The notes beneath the pieces were generated by a model. That model saw only the letters and a list, made by a program, of their open reading frames with translations. It made no database searches and was not told where the DNA came from. The position numbers and the translations under genes were made by a program. A DNA stretch of 64,000 nucleotides from Octopus vulgaris (lineage: Eukaryota), in assembly GCA_951406725.2 (NCBI GenBank), contig OX597814.1:78554001-78618000 (forward strand). Reading direction: 5' to 3'. Below are positions 1-14,125 of this stretch, piece after piece. The stretch's first letter is position 1. Each line of letters starts with the position of its first letter.

Positions 1-1494
1 ACTAAAAAGGTGGTACTCTAACATGGCTATAAATGACTGAACAAGTGAAAGAATAATTGTAGTAGACCAAGAAGACACTGGGAGGTGTCTTGCCCCCTAC
101 TAAGCATACATTTAATTACAAGTGAGCATGGCACATGAGGAACTACGTTTATCTCCTCTGAATCTGGTCATGGGAGTTCAAGTTGGGCTTAAGGCTCCTA
201 ATGAATTGGGTCTCTTCTATCTTTAGATCCATGAAATGAGTTCCCCAAGAATAACACAACAGAACCACTGGACCAAACAAAAGCCACAGTGTATGTTTTA
301 CAGAAAAATGCTGTTTGGAATACAAAATAAACAGATTAGAAGACATACACTTAATCTCCCTGATGATGAATGTAAGTACCCAGAAAAGCATGGAAAAGGC
401 TCAATAGTCCCAAATTACTTCCTTGCTATGTGCCAATGGGAAATAGTAGGACTTTCTTAGTAATAAGTATACTGCTGGGATTGAAAATTATAATTGTATG
501 AGGACATGCATACAATATAAAGTGATATGTATATAAACACACACATATATGTATGTACACATAAAATGTATTATGCATATATGTACTTAAATATATGAAT
601 AGGCATTGTTGTGTTGTTAAGATGTCTGCTTCCCATTCAAAGTCTTTTGAGTAAATTTGGTCATATATGTGTGTGTGTGTGCATGTGCTTGTGTATACCC
701 ATGTCTTGTCACCATGGTTGTCAGTGAGCATGTTTGTTTCTAGTCTTCTGTGGGAAATATGTCTGGCCATACGAAATATTGTCTTGCTTGAAAACAGGTA
801 TGGATTGGTGACAGGAAGGGCATCTAGCTGTAGAAAATCTGCAACAACATATTGTCTGACCCATGCAATCATGGAAAGTTGTACGTTAAATGATAATGAG
901 GATGATGATGTGCGTATGTGTGTGTGTATATATATATATATATCTTCAGCAGTATACACACACACATACATATGTGTGAAGGCACATAGCTTCGTGATTA
1001 GGGTGTTGAACTCATGATCATGAAGTTATGGCTTTGATTTCTGGGTAAGGTAACACATTGTGCCCTTGAGTAAAACGCATAATTTTTTGCTCCAGTCTGC
1101 TTGGCTGTAAAAGAGTACCAGTCTAGTTTTACTGCAGCCTGGTGCATCTCTTTTTCTATCTGGTTGTCATACCCTGTATGTTCCCCTGGATCAGAGGGTG
1201 GGATTCACAAGAGGGTCTACGTCTGCTTGTGACTACACAGACACCTAAAACAATTTGTGAACACATGGAATAAGCTACACGGTTGTACTTGTTTATGAGT
1301 GATGCTTATGGTATGTGTGTGTGTGTGTGTATAGATATGTATAACAATTTAGCTAGGTATTAAATAACCACCTAAAGGATATTAAATATCTGAAGAATTT
1401 ACTATTTTTTTTATATCAATAACAATGTTATGAACTATTGCTCTTAATAAATAGGTAAATAAATAAAATAAACATACAGTTTATCAATATATAA

Positions 1495-1875
1495 ATATAA
1501 ATTAGAAATGGAAACCAAAACAATAAATTGAACAATTAAATAAATTTAATCAACAAATGATAAATTCAATTCAATTTAATTATTTTATTCAAACAACTGA
1601 CACATCTCATAAAATACAGCTGTTTCCACTTCATTTATAAAACCAAGTTTTTCAAGAATAATAAAATACCATTTAAATATAATGAGGCTTCATCAGATTG
1701 ACATATCTTCTTAAATATATTTCATAAAAAACTTGGTTTTATTAATGAAGTGGAAACAGCTGTAACTTGAGATATATCATTTGTTTGTATAAAATAATTA
1801 AATTGAATTGAATTTATCATTTAATGATTAAATTATTTCATTTTCAATTTATTGTTTTGGTTTCCATTTCTAATT

Positions 1876-1878
<3 letters not shown>
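1495..1878. repeat. Foldback (inverted repeat) element, arms about 155 bp
   Basis: ttagaaatggaaaccaaaacaataaattgaa pairs with ttcaatttattgttttggtttccatttctaa. Pairing continues inward to aaaaccaagttttt / aaaaacttggtttt. Confidence 0.85.
1608..1701 (-). ncRNA. Type I hammerhead motif (C3G8) in a foldback element
   Basis: TCAAT-CTGATGA-AGCCTCATT...AATGAAGTG-GAAA-CAGCTG-TA. The opposite arm shows GAAACAGCTGTA-ACTTGA, which restores stem I. Confidence 0.6.
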
Positions 1879-2064
<186 letters not shown>

Positions 2065-2141
2065 ATGTATTATTGCTATATATTTGTGTGTATATATGTA
2101 TATGCTTTTGTGCAGGCATATGTGTGTGTGTGTAAATTATA

Positions 2142-2270
2142 AAAAGTCAGGAGGTATGAGAGGTGAATATATTTAAGTACTTAATGTCCATAGGATAATA
2201 AAAACAGCTGTCATCCTATGGACATCAAGTATTTAAATAAATATATTCACCTCTTATACCTCCTGCTTTT
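2142..2270. repeat. Short foldback element at the 5' side of a dispersed repeat (related copy at about 34140-34390)
   Basis: caggaggtatgagaggtgaatatattt...gtccataggat pairs with atcctatggac...aaatatattcacctcttatacctcctg. Confidence 0.75.
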
Positions 2271-2803
2271 AATGATCTATAAACTTTGCATGAAGTAATT
2301 TCATATACTGGATCAACTGGATTTCAGTTGCATAGGATTCTCCATTATACTCCTCCATATTGGATTACTATGTGGTATGGTAGCCAGGTCAACTAAAGGA
2401 GCTTTCAGTGATTATCACAAATATAAATATATAGGTGCAAGGTGTAGCTGTGAGGTAGGAAACTTGCTTCCTAACCACATGGTTCCAGGTTCAGTCCCAC
2501 AGAGGAGCATCTTGAGCAAGTGCCTTCTACTATAGCCTCAGGCCAACCAAAGCCTTGTGAGTGGATTTGGTAGAAAGACACCGAAAGAAGCCTGACATAT
2601 ATATATATATGCATAGATACATACGTATATGTACATACTTACATCTATGTGTGTGTATATATATATATATATATACGTATAGATGTATGTACATATATGT
2701 ATGTATATATTCATATATACATATATATATTATTTCTATTATTTTATGATTGAATGCCATGCATTGTCTTCCAAGTAAGTTTTATCTATATATATATATA
2801 TAT

Positions 2804-3140
2804 ATTGTTGTTTGGGGAGAGTCATTCTCTTTTAGTCCCTTATTATTTAACACACACACCAGCTCAGTTTCCACTCACTTATTTATTTATTATTTTTTTC
2901 CTAAAATTTTCGTTGCTTCTTGCAACCTTTTCAATAGCCATTGACTCTGTCCATTATCCAAACTGTGTCAATGACTATTGAAAAGGTTGCAATGAAGATT
3001 TTAGAAAAAAAAGTATATGAGCGGAAACTGAACTAGTGAGTTTGTTAAATAATAAGGCACTAAAAGAGAATGATTATCCCCAGACATAACAAAATATGTT
3101 TCAACACATGAACTCACATAAAGAATCTTGCAAACCAAAT
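2804..3140. repeat. Foldback element (family also at about 14620-14890 and 51890-52260)
   Basis: ggggagagtcattctcttttagt pairs with actaaaagagaatgattatcccc, and ttgcaaccttttcaatag pairs with ctattgaaaaggttgcaa. Confidence 0.8.
2901..2937 (-). ncRNA. Minimal hammerhead-like motif, U3A8 core variant
   Basis: CTA-TTGAAAA-G-GTTGC aagaa GCAAC-GAAA-AT-TT-TAG. Perfect 5-bp stem II and palindromic AAAATTTT. Confidence 0.55.
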
Positions 3141-3369
3141 CCCCAAATGAAATATATAGGTATATATACCTATGTGTGCACATCTTTGTGTCTGTGTTTG
3201 TTACCCCCTACTGATTGACAGCTGATGTTAGTTAATGTGCTTATATCCCTGTAACTTAGCGGTTCAGTAAAAGAGCTTTGATAGAATAAGTATAAAAAGA
3301 AAAGGACTGGGGTTGATTTATTTGACTAAAATTTCATGGCCACAGTCTAATGACTGAAACTAGTAAAAG

Positions 3370-3411
<42 letters not shown>

Positions 3412-3689
3412 GATGTCCATATATTTATCTTTACAACTCCCATACTTTTAAATTTCATATTATAAATAAATTTTATGGACACCATATATATATTTAACAG
3501 ACAAGAAATTGAATTTTGAATGCAGTACACTCATGGAAACAGCAGAAAGATTGGGTATTTTGGGCTTTCTGATGTTTTCATTGCTGTACTGTGTTTGAAA
3601 ATTATTTTCTTGTCTATAAAATACCAAACGCATTAGATGCTTCCAAAGTTTGTTTATAGAATGTCATATATTTATTCACATATATCCAC

Positions 3690-4425
<736 letters not shown>

Positions 4426-4891
4426 CATATATATACATATATACATAAATATATATACATATATACATATATATACATATATACATAAATATATATACAT
4501 ATATATATATATACACACATATATATATATATACACACAAACATATATATATATATATGTGTGTGTGTGTATACATACATTCATTTATATACACATGTGT
4601 ATATATATGTACACACACACACACATAAGGTATGAATAATAGAACAGAGTGAAATAAGGAGTCCCACCATGCATTTTTGAAGGGCAATAAGGGCATAGGT
4701 GATGTAAAATTTTTATACTAGAAGTAATGAAAGCTAGCTTGCAGCTTTGTAATCATGGTGAGTTTAAGTTGCAATATAACTTCCTCCTCATTGTACATTG
4801 TACAGGTACATGCATACACATATATACACACAAACACACACATGAACTCAAATACTCATGTGTTTATATATATGTACATATATATATGTAC

Positions 4892-4923
<32 letters not shown>

Positions 4924-4979
4924 ATACACATGTATACACATATATACAGATTCATACCTATATATATGTGTGTGTGTGT

Positions 4980-5316
4980 GAAGGCGCTTGGCTTAGTGGT
5001 TAGAGCATAGAGGTTACGATCGTAAGGTTGTGAGTTCGATTCCTGGACTGGGCTGTGTGTTGTATTCTTGAGCAAGACACTTTATTTCATGTTGCTCCAG
5101 CTAACTCAGATGTAGAAATGAGTTGCGACATCATTGGTGCCAAGCTGTATCAGCCTTTCCTTTCCCTTGGATAACATCAGTGGCATGAAGAGGGGAGTAT
5201 GCATGAGTATGCATGAGTGACTGCCAGCTTTCCACAAACAATCTTGCCCTGAATTGTGCTTCGGAGGGTAACTTTCTAGGGGCAATCCCATGGTCATTAA
5301 TGACCAAAGGGGGTCT

Positions 5317-5318
<2 letters not shown>
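4980..5318 (+). mobile_element. tRNA-derived SINE family A (copies at about 24265-24618 and 50987-51320; partial at 977-1110; related minus copy at about 6480-6745)
   Basis: A box TGGCTTAGTGG and B box GTTCGATTCC, followed by the conserved ttgagcaagacact...gttgctccag body. Confidence 0.8.
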
Positions 5319-5361
<43 letters not shown>

Positions 5362-6143
5362 GTCTATCTATCTATCTATATATATATATATATATTTATT
5401 AATGTATGTATACCCATATATAATTCATTTTGGCTGATCTTGTTGCCTGTTACTCTAGAGTTTCTTGATTTGCAGTGAGTTTATCAGGAACCAAATATGC
5501 ATTGAACTAAACTCTAGATTAGCAATCTACTTGATCAGCTAAAATACTCTTCTATGGCATTATTACTTTCCTCTCCCATTCACTAAAACTAATATATATT
5601 TGGAACAGGAGATCTCAAAGCACACATAGAACTATAAAAAAACAGCATGAAAGTACTTGCTTGAAAACCATTTTGGATTAAAAACTCAAAGGTTACTCGT
5701 CAACAACATATGATTCTCACTGTCATGTTTACAGGAGATGTGGGTTCAAGTTTCATGGTTGGCATTCAACTTTTTCTTTCCAAAAAAGGATTTTCCTCTC
5801 AATATTTACATTCTGTATGGTTTATGTATGCTTCAAGAGTCACTATTCCAAAAAAATAATTATTTCATGTTCTCTTGAAAATTTACAAATTTTTTATGAT
5901 GTCACTAATGTGTGTGTGTGAGTGTGTGTGATAAATTCAGAAAAATACTGTGATATTTTTTAGTTGTAGCAAAGTAATAATTAGTTCAATGATCAGGTTT
6001 AATTAGATGAACAAACTCAGGATCCTGATCCCACCTGAAATAATTAGGGAATAATTATTTTCTTTTTCCCACAACAAAACATTTTTTATAGAAATATCTT
6101 GAAAATCTAGAATATTCATTGACATCTGTTGACAATTGGTTAA

Positions 6144-6273
6144 TTAATGAGCTAAATGGTCAGGCTTTATTAAATTGGTAAAGGCAGGATTATAATTTGG
6201 CCAGAAATCGGGAAGTAATTCAGAAGCCTTAGTTTGAAAAGCATTTAATATTTGTCTGTTGATTTCTCCAAGC
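6144..6273 (-). CDS. TMEM135: TMEM135 last coding exon (130 nt): (K)LGEINRQILNAFQTKASELLPDFWPNYNPAFTNLIKPDHLAH*
   Basis: TTTTTTTCAG acceptor. Phase matches the previous exon (AA|G = Lys). NR..L..F.T.AS....DF.P pattern of the TMEM135 C-terminus, then a TAA stop. Confidence 0.88.
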
Positions 6274-7624
6274 CTGAAAAAAACCAAAAAAACAATGATG
6301 ACGGTAAAGAATAGAAAAATTTAGAGGAGTTAGTTTTTAAAAAGGCTTTGACAATCAGAGTAGAGTTCTAACCAGCTGGTAGTTAAAAACCCTACATAGA
6401 ACGGGGAGAGATGTGACAACATAACACTGGTACTCAGTTGGTTATGATGGAGAGGGCCCCAGTTTGTCTGATCAAAGAGTCAGCCTGCTCAGAATTCATG
6501 TGCAAGTGCCTGAACACTCAACAGATACAGGTACCCTTAATGTAGTTTTTAGTGAGATTTAGAGTGACACAAAATGTGACAATTCTGGCCCACTGAATTA
6601 CAGGTACTAAAAATTTTTGCCAGCTGGGTGGACTGGAGGAACACGAAATAAAGTGTCTTGCTTAAGGACACAACGTGCTATTGTGAATTGAACTCATGAC
6701 CTTATTATCATGAGCCAAAAACCCTAACCACTAAGCCAAGTGACTACACTATTTACAATTAGTTAAATGTATAGCAGAATTTGACAGGTGTTGTTTTGCC
6801 TGATATCATTTTTTAATTGAGAAAACTTATGATCAAAGTCATGCCAGCCGTGACCATATGGTCATTTTTCTAATGAGCAGGAAATCCATGATCATTAAAT
6901 TATACAATGTGCCGTTTGTTTTTAAGAAGTACATCAAAGTACACAAAACGCACTTAGTCTAGGAATGAGAAACTAGGTAGTGGGGTAGAGTCTGGCAGAT
7001 GAGAGTAGTACTGCCTGGTCTGCTACATTGCAACCAAACAATACATGATAGCTGGTGTTACTGTTCAGCAAGAGAACTTCAACACGATTGTTTGACTTAC
7101 AGGAAATAGCAGCTCAAATATCCCTTGCTATATTAAGTAAAGGATATACTGGATAATGGTTTCTAAAATATGAAAAAAGATAGGATAGTCACAACTGGAA
7201 TGTCCTCCATCATAGCTATTTTCATTTCCCAATGTGCTGTGATAGGGAGAGTTCACATCATTCTCATTTCACTCATTTTAAATATGAGTTATTAATCTCC
7301 TAAATGGGCTACCTTTCCTATGATTTGTAGAGTTCACCTCTGTTCTGTGTATTCAGGGCATCTTTTTCAGATACAGTTTGTTTCAAAGTACCAAACTTCC
7401 CAGATGTCTTGTCCTTCACTATAACTGAGAAATATCATTTCTCTATTTCTTCATGATGTTAGGAGAGATTTTAGCTATTAATGAAATTCAGTAGTAATAT
7501 AAGGCTACCGAAAGTAAAGGATATATCAGAGGTTGTAAGAAAAGCTTAGCTGATGGGAGTATAACTGCATTGTAACTTGGGTGGAAAAGGTTGCCTTCAC
7601 AACGTTTATATTTAAATCAGACAC

Positions 7625-9520
7625 CAACAGGAAGAAGCGGAATAAATCCTCCAACCATCTCAAGCAAGTGACAAAAAAAGCAGTGCTTGAATTTGAACAG
7701 TGCATAGCAGCCAATCCTGACAGCAAGGTTTTCTGGAAATATGTGCACTCAAAGCAGAGACCTCACTCTCCAGTGGGCCCTCTTCGCAACCCTCACACAA
7801 ACCAGATCACTGACGACCCCAAGGAATGCGCAGAACTCATTGCCGAGTGCTATGCAAACATATTCACTGTTGAAAGTCAAAATGTACCATCTTCACCATC
7901 ACTAACAGCAAACTCCATAACAACTATGGAATTTACACCTGCAATGCTGCGACGTCACCTTCAAAATAAGCGCAACTATGCCTCCCCTGGTCTCGATGGA
8001 GTTACATACCTGCTTCTCAAACGTGGCAGGCACTTCCTTTTACACCAGCTTTCTATGTTCTTCCAGTACTGTCTCAACAATGGTGCTACTCCGGAGCAGT
8101 GGAAAACTGCCAGTGTCATTCCTCTGTTCAAAAAGGGCGACCGCACATCACCTGTCAACTATCGCCCAGTCAGTCTCACTAGCTGTATTGCAAAACTGAT
8201 GGAATCGTGTGTCAGAGAAACACTCTGGAACTTCTGGAGCTCTCACAGTCTCATCCGACCCTCACAATATGGATTTGTCCCTAACTCCAGCTGCAGTGAC
8301 CAGCTTGTCGAGTTCCTTGAGGACATTACTCAGATTACTGACAGTGGCTCATGGGTGGATGTTGTCTACCTTGACTTTGCTAAGGCTTTCAACTCTGTGC
8401 CACACAAAAGGCTTATGGTGAAACTCTCTGCAATGGGTGTGGGGGATGACCTTTTTAACTGGTTGAAATCCTTCATCCTCAGCCGAAAGGAGGTAGTCAC
8501 AGTTCTAGGACAGCACTCTACACCATATGAGATGTCATCGGGTGTACCACAGGGATCTGTCCTTGGCCCCCTCTTGTTTGTGGCATACATTAACGACATA
8601 GATGCCAATTTGGAGAATGCCACAGTATTGAAATATGCAGACGACATCAAGCTGTACCTTGAAATCAAGAGGACAGATCCTGATGTCTACAACTCTTTCC
8701 TGCAATCAGACCTAGACACAATGCAGCAATGGATCACAGACTGGCAACTGAAACTGGCTGTGGACAAGTGTACCACCATGCATTTTGGGAGAAAAAACCC
8801 TGCGTTCACATACTCCCTCCACAACACTGATATCAAGAAATCCTCTTGCGAGCGTGACCTAGGCATCACTGTCAGCAGTGATTTGCGTTGGTCAAAGCAT
8901 ATCTCTAAGATTGTCAGGAAGGCCGAGGGTGTCTTGGCATCACTCAGCAGGTCTTTTGTTAGCCGCTCTCCAGCCATCTATTTAAAACTGTATACAGCTA
9001 TGGTACGACCACACTTGGAATTCGCATCATCAGTTTGGAACCCCTATCTTGCACAGAACATTGACCTCCTGGAATCTGTCCAGAGACGTGCAACCAAACG
9101 CATACCCTCCATCAGACACCTACCATATTCTGAGCGCCTTGTTTCCCTGGGCATGGATTCACTGAAGCTCCGGCGTTTGGCGACGGACTTGGTAAACACC
9201 CACAAAGTTATCAACCACCTCACCAACAACAACACTGAACACCTTTTTGATCTCCATGTGTCTAACACACGTGGACATGCCTACAAAGTCAGAAAACAAT
9301 ACAGCTCCCATGACTTTCGGAAACATTTTTTCACGCTCAGAGTTGCTGAAGCATGGAATAAACTGCCTGCGTCAGTTGTTGACTGCCATGACACTGCATC
9401 TTTTAAGGCCCTCATGCTTTCCGAAATCCGCCGAAACTTCACCTGATTATATATACACTTTAGATGAGTTGTAGTGCACCTGAGCACTGTACACAATTAT
9501 TATTATTATTATTATTATTA
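7625..9520 (+). mobile_element. 5'-truncated CR1-clade LINE with an uninterrupted reverse transcriptase ORF (7581-9446) and (TTA)n tail, antisense in the last TMEM135 intron
   Basis: RT motifs PGLDG, NYRPVSLTS, YLDFAKAF, GVPQGSVLGP and YADD. CR1-type C-terminus (VRPHLEFASSVWNP, TRGH, FF..RV...WN.LP). Short 3' UTR followed by (TTA)n. No endonuclease domain. 5' boundary approximate. Confidence 0.92.
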
Positions 9521-9994
9521 TATGCTTGAAATGTAATTTAAAGCAATCAAACTAAAGTTGTTACTGCTACATATACAGGGGAAAAGAGAATATGGAATTA
9601 GCCTGGAGTATGAAAAAACTTTTTGCTTATGTGAGGTACTTTGATACCAGAGAAGCTTATGATTAATAATGGATGAGCCTTGGGTGTCAAGACTGAAAAG
9701 ATGGCACATATTGGGCAGAAGGTGTTCAGATGTATTTCAGACACTTATAATTACCATTCTAAATAAATATAACTTTCTAATTAACCAAGAAATTTAAAAA
9801 AAAAACCCCACACTTTGTTTGGTATTATGTATTGACCCAAGTTAAACAATAATTTGAATGGCCACTCAATACATTTAAATAGAGTATTATATTTACTTTT
9901 ACAAAGAAAACATTGACTGCAATTTTGAAGTTGCACTGATTGCTGACATCATAAGTTTGATGAAGTCAACCACATGCAAGATATCCAAATCACT

Positions 9995-10030
<36 letters not shown>

Positions 10031-10345
10031 CCCAGTAAAATCGATAAAAAAAATGTATAATGAACTTGGTATGGGGAGTTGAAAATACATCATCTTCATA
10101 AAATCCTTCTTCAGGGAAAAGTTGACTGGAGACAAATTAATGGGAGACAGACAACAGCTAAGTTTCAAAAATAAATGGTTGCAACTGCTCTATCTTGTAG
10201 CATTTCTTGTTCACATATGAAGTTGTGGCCGACTTCATCAGACTTTTGATGCCAGCAGACAAGGCATAAACAATGGTCTTTACACATACCTTTGTTATTG
10301 CAAAATTCAAATTACAGCTGTTTCTAATACTCATTTTCCCCCTTG

Positions 10346-10398
<53 letters not shown>

Positions 10399-10858
10399 AA
10401 CACACACATATACACGTGTGTGTGTGTGTGTGTTTGTGCACGTGCATGTGTTTATGCATATATATATACATGATCACAAAGACAGGCATTAGTTTGCATC
10501 AGCAAAGCTTATATGTAGTAAAATCAATAAAAGTGAAATTGTCCTGCTGAGTGAAGAATCCAACATTTCGGATGGTGTCCTTCTTCAGTGGAAAAGATGA
10601 AAGGAGAGAGAGAATAATGAGAGATAGCAGAATTTTAATCCTTTATATTAGAAAAACTGGCTACAACTAACATGGAATACTGAAATATGTGAGCTTCAAA
10701 TGTGGACAAGAAATGCTACAAGATAGAGCAGTTGCAGCCAGTTGTCTCCCTTTAATTCGTCTCTTGTAGACTTTTCCCTGAAGAAGGATTTTGTGATGTT
10801 GATGCATTTTCAACTTCCCATACCAAGTTCATTGTACATTTTTTATTGATTTTGCTGT
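10031..10858. repeat. Inverted repeat pair (about 10031-10225 and 10690-10858) with a microsatellite-containing spacer
   Basis: aatgaacttggtatggg pairs with cccataccaagttcatt. tccttcttcagggaaaag pairs with cttttccctgaagaagga. gcaactgctctatcttgtagcatttcttgt has its reverse complement in the other arm. Confidence 0.8.
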
Positions 10859-10990
10859 ATGTGTGTGCACGTGTGTGTGTGAGTGCACGTCTGTATGTAT
10901 ACACACACACTTAGTATACTTACTCAATCAGGAGAAACGGAAAGGAACTTTTAAAAAATGAATAAATGAAAGGTAAACTACATTGCTTAC

Positions 10991-11058
10991 TTGTTGTTTG
11001 TGACTCGCAGCAAAAATTTCCAGTAGCTTGGACGGAGGTTATGGGGTTCAAAGATAGC
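10991..11058 (-). CDS. TMEM135: TMEM135 penultimate exon (68 nt): AIFEPHNLRPSYWKFLLRVTNN(K)
   Basis: TACAG acceptor and GTAAGC donor. Carries the conserved LRPSYWKFLLR motif. Confidence 0.93.
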
Positions 11059-11234
11059 CTGTATATGAGAACAATAGTTAGATTAACATACTGAAAACAA
11101 TATTTGATTTGCATACATACTTCTTCTAGACTGAGAATTTTGTAGGTATATACTCACTCAGAAACACTATACCATACAATACGAAGCTATATACACATAT
11201 ATGTATACATTGCATAACCAGCCCCAGCCCATTC

Positions 11235-11652
11235 AAAAGTACCTTGGATCGTAGGGTGACCTGCTGTGCTTGGGGAGACCTATTGAGTCAAGTACATCAA
11301 CGTCAAAATGAAAATCAAATGGAGATTGTAGTTGTGTTACCCATGCCAGTGGCACGTGAAAAATACCATCTGAAAGGGGCCGATACCCGCGCCGCCTTGA
11401 CTGGTTTCTGTGCCGGTGGCACGTAAAAAGCACCAACTGATCGTGGACGTTGCCTCTGGCCCCTGTGCTGGTGGCACGTAAAAAAGCATCCACTACACTC
11501 ATGGAGTGGTTGGTGTTAGGAAGGGTATCCAGCTGTAGAAACACTTCCAGATCAGACTGGAGCCTGGTGCAGCCTCCTGGCTTCCCAGACCCCAGTCGAA
11601 CCGTCCAACCCATGCTAGCATGGAAAACGGACGTTAAACGATGATAATGATG
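11235..11652 (+). mobile_element. Dispersed retroposon 3' segment with (GAT)n tail (copies at about 790-910, 40380-40695, 57365-57465 plus; 62110-62260 minus)
   Basis: gtggttggtgttaggaagggcatccagctgtagaaa...ccaacccatgctagcatggaaaacggacgttaaacgatgat recurs several times. Confidence 0.7.
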
Positions 11653-12324
11653 ATAGAGAGTGAGAGCCAACAGTTGACATCTGGCCTTGCTAGATGTCGC
11701 TGTTAAATAAAAACAGTAAAGGGACAAAACGCAAGTTATTGGTTAAAGGGCAATAACTATGATAAACAGCTGATAAAAAATGTGACTAAAAGAACCGTGA
11801 GATAAAAGTAAAAATAGTATTCTAAATAGAAAATGTAATAGGTTTACAAAGATGCTGTAAAATATAGTGTACAAGATAATTTATACGGAAAATGAACAGA
11901 GAAAACATATTTATGAGTTACTTGACACCTAAATCTACAACAGTTATTTATGAATGAAACACACGGGAAGTTAAGTATTCAGCTTCGTAGTTCAATTAAT
12001 AAACAAAGAATTTCTTCGCCTTTCATACCATATTGGAAATTTAAAGAAAACTAACCATCTAGCATTTAAACCAGCCGTAATTGGCACCTCAAACCTAGCC
12101 GACAATGCCATTGTAAAAATAAACATCACTAAAATCCTGAAGGTACGACATAATGTCAAATTAATTCAAAACAGTGTGAATACACATGTATTTCGTTTCT
12201 CAGAGTAATCTGAACGCTAAAGGGTTAAAATTATTATAAAATTAAAAATGCAGCTTGGAAGGTGTTTATAAGCCATTTATAAACACACAAAAACCGTTAG
12301 ATTCACTCCAACATTTAAATTAAA

Positions 12325-12375
12325 TTTGTCAAAATATTTTCGTCGCTTTGAAACCGTGACCTGTTCACTGACAAA
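12325..12375 (-). ncRNA. Minimal type I hammerhead motif, G3C8 core variant
   Basis: TTTGTCA-GTGAACA-G-GTCAC ggtttcaaa GCGAC-GAAA-ATAT-TT-TGACAAA. 7-bp stem I and palindromic AAAATATTTT. Confidence 0.65.
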
Positions 12376-13453
12376 ATTCTGTGCTAGGGAATACGAAGTG
12401 TTGAATTACTCGAAACAACTTAGCATTGAGTTGCTCTAACTATATTTTATAATTTCATATCTTTTGTCTTTTATTTATTTCAGTCATTAGAGTGCGGCTA
12501 TACTGGGGCACCACCTTGAAGGACTTTTAGTTGAATGTATCGACCCCACCAAGGCTTATTTTTAAAACCTGTTGAATTCTTTTGTCGAACCACTAAGTTA
12601 AGGACGGACACACACACACAAGATGGTAAAAACAGAATGATTGGGGAGACAGAGAGATGGGTGTCAGTAGAGGTAACGTGAGGGAGAGTGACTGGCAGAA
12701 CAGAAAGGATGTAGGCAGAGCGTATTGGGTACAAGCAGCTCTGAACCAGTAGCTTAAACATAAGTCCTATGGTGGGCGAAAGAAAAAGAGGAATGACTGA
12801 TAGAGAAATAAGTGAGGAGATAAGTGGATGTATACATAACCACAAGGTTCCAGGTTCAATCCCACTGCGTATTTGCAAGTACCTTGTACTATAGCTTCGG
12901 GCCGACCAAAGCTTTGTGAGTGGATTTGGTTGACAGAAACTGAAAGAATCCTGTCGTACATGTGTGTGTGTGTGTACCTTTATGTCTGTGATTGTCCCCC
13001 ACTATCACTTGACTACCAGTGTTGGTTTGTTTACGTCTCCCGAAAACTAGCGGTTCGACAAAAAGAGACCGATAGAATAACTACCAGGCTTTAAAAAAAG
13101 TAGGGGTTCGATTCATGTGACTGAAAGTTCTTCAAAGCTGTGCCCCAGCATGGCCACAGTCTAATGACTGAAACAGATAAAAGATATGTATACACACACA
13201 CAATAAAATTTTATATAGAGTTTGATTTTTTGTCAGCGTTGAATGTTCACCATCCCACCAGTTTGCCATCACCCCTTCCTTTCTTATTCATATGTTGTGA
13301 CGGAATAAAACACAGAGTTATTATAGTAGACAGATGAGGAACATAGATGCATGCAATCTCTCTTCACTGTTGGGTGACTACATAATATTTTGTTGTAATA
13401 ATTACTGCTCTATTTTTTGAAGTGTGCTTCTTTCGGATATGTTTTTTTTTAAC

Positions 13454-13485
<32 letters not shown>

Positions 13486-14125
13486 CATACGTAGTTTAAA
13501 TTATAAAGTATGTATAATATAAAATAAAATTAGATTATATAGCATGAAAATACTGAAATAGTTTATAAAATGTTTACAAAAGCAATTATTAATCTTAAAA
13601 ATAGAAGAAGACAAAAAGAAAATAGGAAAAGAAGAAGCAAAACTACAAAGACTGAGAAAGAAGACGAAAAAAAGACTGACAGCGAAAATTTATATTTGAC
13701 ATTGTGTATCGTTGCTTACCAGCAGCTAGTATAGAAAGGGGGAGCAGAAAACGTATCAAGAAAGACAGATTCATACATGAAATATTTTTGAAAGAAAAGG
13801 GCAGATTTGATTTAAAACAAGAAGGCTGAAAGGAAGATAAAAAATAAATAGAAACAGCGAGGCAATGTAATAAAAAAAAAGGTAGGGAGGAGAGAGGGAA
13901 ATGGAAAGAAAGGCTTGGAATGGAAGATATTGCAAGAAATAGATGTTTCAGCAAAGGCTAAAAAGTTACGGATGTAAGGGAAATAACTCTAAATGGATAC
14001 TAAATGAAATGGATTGCTTGGGTGATGTGTATAGAAGGGGAAGAATAAGTAAAGCGTTATATATCGGGAAACGAGTAGAATACTATAACGTAACAATCAT
14101 TTGTTACAATATATATATACATACA

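Noticed and set aside
149-460. Short ORFs at the window start as a possible further TMEM135 exon or neighbouring gene
   Set aside because: TMEM135 already ends at 6144. There is no recognisable homology or clear splice context.
4981-5055. tRNA-like sequence with A and B boxes
   Set aside because: It is the head of a multi-copy SINE continuing into a conserved body, with no clean acceptor stem.
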